Source of the DNA: Utricularia gibba
Taxonomy: Eukaryota; Plantae; Magnoliophyta
DNA length: 64,000 bases
Reading direction: 5' to 3'
NCBI GenBank assembly: GCA_002189035.1
Contig: CM007989.1
Span: 7,998,001 to 8,062,000 of the forward strand
The position numbers were made by a program, and so were the translations under genes. The notes under the pieces are model-generated. The model saw only the letters and a program-made list of their open reading frames with translations. It was not told the origin of the DNA and did not search any database. Below are positions 54,176-64,000 of this stretch, in pieces (within the stretch, counting starts at the first letter, position 1; each line of letters opens with the position of its first letter).

Positions 54176-57109
54176 TTGGCATGCAGGAGCATCATGTACC
54201 AGTTTAAACCAAAACCCTATCCCCTCCGGTGTCCCACCTCCACGTGTCCGTCCGGATGTCGGAACTGCGGGTGGATCATTTCTATTAATATCTAAACTCT
54301 AGTTTCCTTGGATAAACGCTGTCGGGTAGTATTTAAAGTAATGTTTTAATCATGAATTGGGCCCCATTTTAGTTCATGGGCGTCCAGGCCCATCAACTGT
54401 AGTCAAACGTGGGCCCATGTGGTCGGTACAATGATATTTCTTTAGTTTTAATAAAAAAATAATATTCAATTTACTAGATTATATATCTTAAATGAGTGTC
54501 GATGATCTCATGTCCCAAAGACACCATCAGCATCGCTATTTTTTAAAAAAATTTATTGAATGAGACATTTTAATAATTATCTGTATAAATTCAATTATAA
54601 AATATTCTATTACTAATTTTCTTAAATGATAACAATATCCATTTAAATTATATATTTAAATTATTTTAAAATAAATTAAAATGTTGGACCAAATAGTTCC
54701 AAGATATTTTAAATAAAATAAAGTGATAACAATTGGTTTTCATCAGGAGGCAGGTGGCCATCTTAATGACGTAATTAAGGCGCAAATTAAGACCAACATA
54801 CTTTTTTCTTCCGTTAATTTCTGATTAACTCCCAGCTAATCAGCATCTTCTGTACCCTTCGACGGCTGCCGGAGCGAGGTAGGGCACGTCATCCTACGCA
54901 GAAAGAGATCGCGACGACCGGAGATCCGTGATGGTCATTAGCGGCCTTAATTACGAGGATCGCGACTCGGTAAACAACGATTTGCATTTAATGACGCCAT
55001 ACGCCACCCACGGCATTTACCTCCCAGATGCTGCTTGTTGGCTGAATCCGACGGTGGATTCCCAAACCGTTGGCCGGAACGCCGTTTCGGAATTCAAGGG
55101 GCGCTTTTATTGTTTCTATTTTCCCAAAACAATCCTTTTTAAATGTCGGAAAGCGACCTTCTCGATATGCAAGTACAAATTGGGCACTCACTTTTCAAAA
55201 ACAAAAATAAAAAGGGTAAATAGTTATACATAGCATAAGTTTTTTTCAAGAAAAAAATTGTAATAATCTAGTATTTTTAATAATATTTAATATTTTTTAA
55301 AAATGTATTTGGTCGGTTGGCGTAAATCTTAATTGAGTTTAAATCAAAAAAATAATATTGAGAATATAATTTTTATTACAATCATATCATGAAATGATCA
55401 ATTTTCTAAATATCGCGGTTCTAAACCCATGGATTAATATATTTTAATTTATAAGGTAATTATGATTTAATTCATATTATGCATAAAAATAAAAATCATA
55501 CTGAAATTAATAAAATATTAAAATTTATAATTAAATACCTAATTTTACTATTAAAATTCATAGTTTATGGTATAAAAATAATAACAACATATGTTATCAA
55601 CGTGACAAATATACTTTGAACTCAATCAATAAGATGCTTTTAATGTAATTTCACATTAAAAAACCAATATTTGAATTAACAACGGTAATAAATTCCACAC
55701 TATAATATAGCTCAATATATTAATAAAAAACCTTGGGCTGTAGCGTAATTTTATATGATTTCAATTCCCATGGGCGTTTTTGACAAGCAAGGAACAAAAA
55801 GCCAATTTCCATTTCTATCCCTCAATGTCCCACGTGGATGAGATCAATATCCAGCTTCTACTTGTGAGAAAATTTCACATAAATAATTTTGTTATCAAAT
55901 AGTAATAATTTAATAATAATATTTTTAAGAAGTGAGTGGATATTTAGTTTTTATTATATTAAAAAAATTCTCGAAAAATAATTTTGATAATTAGAATCAA
56001 ACAAATTTTAAATTATTCAACTCTCTCTCTCTCTCTCTTTTTAAATTAATAAAAAAATATTCCAAAAAATTAAGGAAATTTTTGGTGCCTGTTTGAGGTT
56101 TTTTTTCATTCTATTCGAATAATCAACGCAAATGAAGTCAACGAGGAGACCTGTTTTTCTGACACATTTTTCCTTATGGTGCATTAATATCATGTGTTGA
56201 AATTGGCGGGGAAAAAAAAGGAAATTTTGACTCAATTTTATTTTGTATAATGTTATTTTAGATGCTCCCCAAAATAAAAAGAATGTATATATAATACATA
56301 AAAAAAATGTTGGAGGAAGAATATTGAGGCAGGGGTAATATGGTCATTGTGAGGGGATGCATGCGCAGGATGGTGGGACAGAGCGACATGTCAACATATG
56401 CCCCCCTCATCCGTAATGAACCAGAAAACGAGGCCGGAGGAGAAACCAGGAGCCGCATGCGCAAGAGAAGGTCAAATACGGGTCGGAGAAGAAGGAGAAG
56501 TAGCCTGGATCCCTCTTTTTAAGAAAGTTTTTGGCACGTCATCATAATTTTGATTCTCCGTCGCGGTTATTTGTATCATTTCGAGGTGGGTAAGCGCGTA
56601 ATTGCTCTGTGTTTGTTTTGTTTTCCGAGGTGTCGGGTTTTGGTTTGTGTTGAAGATCTCATTTTGTAGATCTGGGCATTACCGATTACACGCATTGGTT
56701 TGTCGAATAGCCTGAGTCCTAGTGTTTTTTTGCATGCATTGATGACCCAGATGCTTTGTTAATCCATGGATGAACTGAATCAATCCTCTTTTCAAAGCTG
56801 ATTAGTCATCGGGACGTGGGTGGTTTTCTTCTTGTGGAATTGTAAAATCTATTCTGGGTTTGGATTACTCCTTTTTCGGTGGCAATGATTAAGATCAATT
56901 CTTTAATGATGAGTGGTTTGAAAAAGGAAGAAAGTTTGGATCTCTCTGCTTTTTTCTCAAGCTGCGAATGGCGTACTCTTTACTCCGTCGCATTTTGTGG
57001 TGCTGATGCTGCAGGGAATCGCGTTGCCGGATCAAATTGAATTCCTCGGGATTTTCACCCGATAACGGACTCATATCCGAGTTTTTCATTTGGCTAAGTG
57101 GGTTCCGGC

Positions 57110-59728
57110 ATGAGAATAGCTATTCGAGCGGTGACTCAATTTAGGCGGGCTAGTCGCTGTAGAGACAATTTTATCCGCAAACATGGAAGCGATTATGGGC
57201 TGAGTAAGAATCATCGTTTCTCCAGTGCCGCATCCGTTTCTGGCCTTCCTCATCCCAGACATGCTACCCAGAGAGCCTTTTCCGTTGGAGAAGCTGCTAG
57301 AATTGCTTATGGAGGTAAATTTTGAAGATGGGTGATGATTTGTATTTTTGGGCGTGTTAATGTTTTGGTTTTATTGGCAGAACAAGCTTTTGGGGGGCCT
57401 CTGGTTGAATATGGACGAAGAGTTTCCGCTGGTGAACTTCTTGATGGGGATGCCTGTCAGGTATTGGGGCTTTCTTCTTGTTTTTTCCATTGATTGAGAC
57501 ATTGTCAGTTTATGCGGCAATACTCAATTTCATTAGCAAACTAAAATCGAATTTCGAATCTGTGACAGCTGAATACACTTGGGGAGCTTCAAAGATTATA
57601 TGATGAGCTTGTGGAAAATGAGGCTGCTTGCAAGTTGGATCGATACGCTGCCTCTGAAAAAGCTGGGAGGCAAGTTTAGTTTATTTCAATTGGTTAAGCT
57701 GTCATCCTACGCTGTTTTTTGATTGCAAGGTTTTTGCTATATGCAGAAGTAGGTGGTTGTGGTCCCGTTTCGTTCCTCAGTCTTCATATTCTCCTGTCAA
57801 GGGTCTTTATCTTTATGGAGGAGTAGGCACTGGAAAGACGATGTTGATGGACTTATTTTTTAATCAGCTGTAATACCTCCTTCATTCAAACTTTCGTTTG
57901 GTCCACCACCTAGCTGCTGATTCAGTGCTTTTTTCTCTTCTAAATTCTGGAATTACTTCCAGGCCTGGGAACTGGAGGAAGAAGAGAATTCACTTCCATG
58001 ACTTCATGCTGAATGTTCACAGCCGTTTGCGGGTATGCTCTAACTCTCTTCGTTCACCAAGATAAGAACACTATAGATTGCCTGGAATCTCATCTGATGC
58101 CTTATCTTATTGAAATAGATTCATGTGAAATTGTAAGCTTTGAAATTATAGATGTTACTAGTGCACTGAACTGATGATATCTGATGATTGCATCGAACCT
58201 CAGATGCACCAGGGAGTTGCAGATCCTCTTGAAGTTGTTGCTGGAGAGCTATCAGATGAAGCCATATTGTTGTGTCTTGATGAATTCATGGTACCTTGAA
58301 TCTAGTTTAACTTGGAGATGTTAGTTTTATGTGCATCCTTGAATGAAAACCATCCTGCTTGTTTGTTCAAAAGGTTACCGACGTCGCTGACGCCTTGATT
58401 TTGAACCGTTTATTCGGGCATCTGTTCAGCGATGGATCAGTGAGTACCTCAGCTCATCCAGTTTGTTCCCCATTCTCTGCATCATGATTGTATTGTCACA
58501 GATTCTTGTGGCTACCTCCAACCGAGCTCCTGATAAGCTCTACGAAGGTGGTCTGCAGAGGGATCTCTTTCTTCCCTTTATTGCCACTTTGAAGGTATCT
58601 ATCTAGTTCTCAATCTCCAGCATTACTCACATCAAACAATGGAATGATTTTCAGTTTCGTAATCTAGGAAAGATGTGCAGTTCATGAGATCGGATCATCC
58701 GTTGATTACCGAAAAATGACATCGGTAACGCCTTCTGAATTCCCTTCTTTCCCTAATGCTATGAGCAATATGGGATGATTACCTGTTTGCTGACACTTAG
58801 CTTGCATTTCAGGCTGAAGAAGGTTTCTATTTCGTAGGCAAGCATCTGTCCGCCATTCTTAAACAGAAATTCCAGCAACTGAGTGGAGAAGCCACTCCCT
58901 TCCCACAAGATGTTGAAGTTGTGATGGGTAGAAAACTGCATGTACATCATCTTTCTCTCTTTTGGAAACTACCTTCCTTCATCTCACAAATCTGTGACCT
59001 CTGTCGCCTTTATCCGCATTCCGTTTCAGGTTCCGATAGGCGCCAACGGTTGCGCCTATTTCTCCTTCAAGGAACTGTGTGAGAACCCCCTTGGAGCCGC
59101 AGATTACATGGGACTCTTCAGTAAGTCCTCCCAGTTCTGGGGTCCTTATTCTCCATCTTTCCCTCATACTCCTCACCTGCTTTCACCAGAGAAGTTCCAC
59201 ACCTTGGCATTGGATGGCGTACCGGTTTTCACAGTGGCCAATAAGACGTCCGCCTATCGATTCGTAACCTTAGTTGATGTTAGTTCTTTCCTTACCAGTC
59301 ACCATCTTCATAGAATCAGTCCCCCCCACAAGGCATCTGCTGCATCCTGTCTCTGCAGGTCATGTATGAGAACAGAGCTCGCCTGGTGTGCACAGCGGAG
59401 GCCCCCCCTTTCCAACTGTTCGAACACGTCGTGACCATTGCTGACGCGCAGCAGATGGCCCCCAGAACCTCCTCCAGATCAAGGAAGCACGATGTGCACG
59501 ATATCTGCGTCGACAACGAACTGGGTTTCGCCAAGGATCGAACCATCAGCAGGTTAGCCTTCTCCGGCCGTTTGCTAAGATTCCGGTGTTGCGCCACCGC
59601 CCTTCAGCCTGGAGCTGAAATCGAACCTCTTTGGCAGGTTGACGGAGATGAATAGCAGAGAGTACTTGGCTCAGCACGAGGAGATGCTGATGGAGAAGCA
59701 GCCGTTGCAGGAAGGAGCCTTCCCTTGA
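57110..59728 (+). CDS. AFG1: AFG1/LACE1-like mitochondrial ATPase, multi-exon
   Basis: Mitochondrial-type presequence; Walker A KGLYLYGGVGTGKTMLMDLF, RIHFHDFM, LCLDEFM, TSNRAP..LY.GGLQRDLFLPFI, DELGF-like NELGFAKDRTISR|LTEM. Confidence 0.92.
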
Positions 59729-60610
59729 ATTACCTCCTGAAACCTTGGTGTACCATAGAAATAAGACAGGGACTCGGTTTTCCCCACATTATTGTGCATA
59801 TAGTAAATAAATATTTTTTTTTTCATTTTCAAAGATAGAATAATAAAATATATTTAGGTTACAAAATTTGAATAATATTTTTTAAAATACTCAATATATT
59901 AATTATTCAATTATTTCAACTTAGCTTATCAAATATAATAATTTCTTGCATTTACATATATTATTAGTTTATAAATTGTATTTTTTTATTAGTTTTGATG
60001 ATGAAAATCTTGTTAAATTGATAAATAATACAAAATTAGTAAAGATGAAATAATAAAATAATAAAGATGAATAATTAGTAATTATAAAGTGCTATTAATT
60101 CTTTAAAAATGATAAATTATTTGTTTTTCTTGATAATTTTTAAAAATATCATTTTTGCTTGAATTCTCCCCATGCATGCGGATCTTTCTTAATATGAACG
60201 AAAAAAAGAACCGTTGAGATGCGAGAATCGGGTAGTATGCAACGTAGTTGCAGAGCGAGCATTTATGATCGGCATGGGAGGGTCTTCCGCTATCATCGGA
60301 GTGAGCCGGCGGTCTGAATTTTCTGATATTGTCCCTGCCGGGATCTTTACGACGCCGTTCTTCCAGGGCACCCGGCGCGATTCTGTTGGAGGTAAATGTT
60401 CTCCGATCACGATTCTTGATGTGGTTGATGAAGCCCGCGATCGATGGAATGATTATGATGTTTAATTGGATGCGCGGGGGATTGGTGATGTTATTCCGGA
60501 TTAATTCCACGTCGTACAGTCTCAGCCAGATTCGACTTAATTTGTTTTTCCTGATTGGTTGCAGGTTGTGCATCTTAAGGTTTGGTGACTTTATCGAGTC
60601 TTTATTTCAT

Positions 60611-63601
60611 ATGAACATGGCAGCTAGTGGTAGCGGGCAACAAAACATTAAGAAAGCAATTGCGACTATAAAAGATTCTACCTTGGTTGGAATAGCTAAA
60701 GTTAATAGTGAATACAAGGTGATAAGTTTTAGTCAGGTTGCTGACAAAACGGTTGGTTTTTTAATGGTTAGATTTTAACGATTGTTTGTAGGATTTAAGT
60801 GTTTCTATTCTCAAAGCCACCAACCATGTTGAGGTTCTTCCAAAGGAGAAGCATGTACGAAGTGAGTAACAGGGCATTGCATTCTGCCTCATAATCCCCG
60901 GAACTGGTTCAGGGTTTGCCTTTTTCTTTGTAGTGGAACTGATTTTAAATATGTTATCCGCTATGCTCAGATATTTTAGGTGCACTCTCTGGTTCAAGAC
61001 CACGGGGATATGTTTCATATTGCATACATACCCTTACAAAGCGTCTTGCTAAAACACATACGTGGGTGGTACCATATTGAGGCCTTATCTCCCCATCTCT
61101 CTTTTTGTACTGTTCTTAAAGCTGCTAGAAAAATTGGTAAGAGATTTCATTTTCAGGTTGCTTTGAAGACATTGATCGTTATACATCGTGCTATTAGAGA
61201 AGTTGATAATCCATTCTGCGAGGAGATGATTAGCCATCAGAAAACCAGGGGTCATTTGGTGAATCTATTACATTTCAAGGATGACTCACTCCCCAGCGGT
61301 ACTCTTCCGTATGATATTCAATTACCTGATTTGTGCTGTGAGGCTTCATCAGTGTCTCTGTTTTTCAGCATGGGATTATTCGAAATGGATCCGCTCATAC
61401 GCTTTATATATTGAGGAGTGCCTTGAATGTTTTCGTGTGATTAAGTATGATTTTCACAGAGATTATTCGGTATGTCGTTTATCCTTTACAATAACTCTTG
61501 CCTTCAATGAATTAGCTCTCGAGTTAAGTCTTCTTTCTATGGACTAAGTTACTAATTCTTGTTTCTGAAGAGAACTAAGAGCTTTGACACTTGGGAGCTT
61601 CTTGAACATTTGCCTGCTCTGCAGCAACTTCTCTTTCACCTTCTTGCTTGCCAGGTATGGATGAAATGTGAATCTATTTATCTTCATATGGTTGAAGGAA
61701 AACATAGTTCAGAGTTCAGAGACATTTTGGTTAATTTCTACTGCTGCAGCCTGTTGGTGCAGCTAGATACCATTTCATCATCCAATATGCCCTTTCTATT
61801 GTAAGAAACCATTATTGATTATTCCTGATTCTACATAAGATCAACGGAAACTCGTTATATTACCTACATTATTAACGATCTTATCCAGGTTGCAGCAGAA
61901 AGCATGAGGCTCTATGTTGCAGTAACAGACGGTGTACTTGTCTTGGTTGAAAAGGTTGGAGTTTTTCCTGCTTCTCTTCAGGGTTGCAACATCTCATGTC
62001 AAACTCAAATGCATTTAACAAATTCTTCCAGTTTTTCGAGATGCAACGTCGCGATGCTCTCAAGGCTCTTCATATCTACAAAAGATCCATTGAGCAAGTG
62101 AGTTTCTTCATTCCATGTTCTATCAATTCTGCATGTCTTTTGGTTTTACAGCTTAAGCTGCACTTATCTTGACGACCCAGGCTCGGGAGCTGTCTGCCTT
62201 TTTTGAGATGTGCCAGGCTCTGGGGTTTGGCATGAGACAGAAATATGTTAAAATTGAACAGGTGCAAATTCCTTCTCCTATCATGAAAGCCTGATATAAT
62301 GAACACTCTGAAAGTTCTCAGATATGGTTTCTCTTTCCCAGCCTCCTGCATCTTTCTTGTCAGCCATGGAAGAGTACGTGAAGGATGCACCGCAGACACT
62401 AATGCTTCCATGGAGACCTGTATGTAAATTCCACTCCAAATATGCCTTGAGTTGTCACAAAAGTTCCATAGAGATCTTTAACCGTTATACCTCTTGATTC
62501 CATAAGAACGATGGCGGTGGCGATGCAACAAAAGTAATTGCCATTCCTGCGGGAGATCCTGAGAAAACTGAAGCAGATCCTTCTACTGATTCCTCAAGAA
62601 ATAGCAAGAGCAATTCGGATGCTGTTCCATTAATACCTGATCTACTGGTATTGACTAAGATGGATATTTCACAAGACATGGTTAGAGAACAACACAATAT
62701 AGACTAACGTTCATGTCATCAGAGCTGGGATGAACCTGATTTGGAAGCATCAGAATTGGACATAGGTAACTCCGCTGCTCTATCCACTGCCACAGCAGAT
62801 TCAGAGACTGTTTGTGAACCAACTCTCTGGGAACTTGCTCTCGTTGCTACTGCTTCTGAAGCTTCTTCTTCAAATCAGCCAAGCGAAGTGTTCATCAACC
62901 AGGCCACTGTTCTGGACAGATTGACAATGGACAGTTTATATGAAGCTGCTTTGACGAACCCATCTCCGAGTGGTAGCTCCTCAGTAAATCCTTTTGAAGC
63001 TGGCAATTATAATCAGCTGGTGGCCTGTGATCAAAGCATGCTGGCGCAACCTTATCCCATTGAAATGACTGGAATGGCGCAAGTAGCAGCGATGCAGCAT
63101 TATTACCAAGAACCACAGCAGCAGCAAGAATTCATTGATCCCCAGTTTTTTCTACAGGAAAGACAGTTTCCTGGGCAATGCCAAGTTTTGATGCAGCAGC
63201 AAGAGAAGTCATTTTCCGGTCTTGATTCTAGTAACCCCTTTGGCAATCCATTCACCATGGACCAAGATTCGTTTCCTGTAGAGCTGATGCCACCTCCATT
63301 GCCCAGTGAACGAACCAGCCAGCCAACTGATTTGGGAACCGGTGTTTCTTTTCCGGCTGCACCGAAGGAACAGTCTCCCGGTCTGATTTTCCGACATCTG
63401 GTGGATTTGGGCAACCGCCCATATGATGACATTCCGTCGGTGGCCGCAACCCAGAGCCAGAGCTCTTGTATTGGTTTGCAAGATTCGTTGCCTGGCGCAA
63501 TATCAGAAACCTGCCCCCGTGATACTAAACTGCCTGAGTTTCCCGATACACCAAACCCAAACCAACCTGCTGGCTCGAGCTTCAGCCTGGCCCTCATTTG
63601 A
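60611..63601 (+). CDS. ANTH-domain clathrin assembly protein (PICALM-like), multi-exon
   Basis: [17 protein letters not shown]|, [74 protein letters not shown]; stop 63599-63601. Confidence 0.92.
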
Positions 63602-63766
63602 AGTTACATTTTTTTTTTCTTTGCAACAAGCTTCTGCTGCGGTGAAGGGGCGCTGGTTCTGATCGACGGGGATGATGGTGAATTTAGATTTCTTTTTGAG
63701 ATTTATTCGAATTATAGTATTTTAAAAAGTTGAACGGATCCAATTTAACGGCGTCGTATTGCATTG

Positions 63767-63838
63767 TGGGCCTTTGGGCTTTTCGTAATTTATATCATGG
63801 GCTTTGATATAAATACAAGCTCTCCAATTTTCGGCCCA
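63767..63838. promoter_or_regulatory. Site II (TGGGCY) cluster, probably the promoter of a gene starting near or beyond the window end
   Basis: TGGGCC 63767, TGGGCT 63775 and 63798, GGCCCA 63833. Confidence 0.45.
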
Positions 63839-64000
63839 TTAAGACGGAATTGGGGCTCTATAAAGTCTCTCCCTGTCGGGGAATTTGGCCAGTGGTTCAA
63901 CGGTTGTGCTCCTCACTTCTGCTTCCCCCGTCGCCGATTTTCCAACAAGTAAGGAAGGTGCGAAAGTTAGTTAGTTCGGTTTTTGGGTACTGCTGTCTAC

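Noticed and set aside
54880-54905. GGCACGTCATCCTACG resembling a miR169 star strand
   Set aside because: No complementary miR169 arm nearby and too many mismatches.

Overview
This window is plant (angiosperm, eudicot-like) nuclear DNA, not prokaryotic. It is compact, with about 17 recognisable protein genes (mostly spliced, with mostly 60-110 bp introns) and AT-rich spacers. In order: SDR reductase, TFIIIA, calmodulin, ELMO-domain protein, a PSY-type sulfated-peptide precursor, polyketide cyclase/START-like protein, NEMP/PNET2, villin, HD-Zip II, SSX2IP/MSD1-like, CONSTANS-like, RING-H2 ATL, serine carboxypeptidase II, STERILE APETALA, an uncharacterised conserved protein, ATG18b, AFG1-like ATPase and an ANTH clathrin-assembly protein. 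Four decayed genes lie among them: HIR/SPFH, ZEITLUPE, an unnamed remnant and plastid RPL35. Signals invisible in the ORF track include a 5S-rRNA-mimic poison exon (P5SM) in the TFIIIA intron, a U12-type intron in villin, a 73-bp-period tandem repeat, a candidate 76-aa spliced small gene tail-to-tail with villin, and motif losses in COL (VP) and HD-Zip II (CPSCE). At least six otherwise intact genes carry single-base deletions in G/C runs, most simply explained as consensus errors, so lone frameshifts here should not be read as pseudogenisation. I saw no tRNA, rRNA, CRISPR array, intact transposase or known miRNA. Family assignments come from motif recognition, not database searches. The P5SM system is already described; no clearly new system was established.
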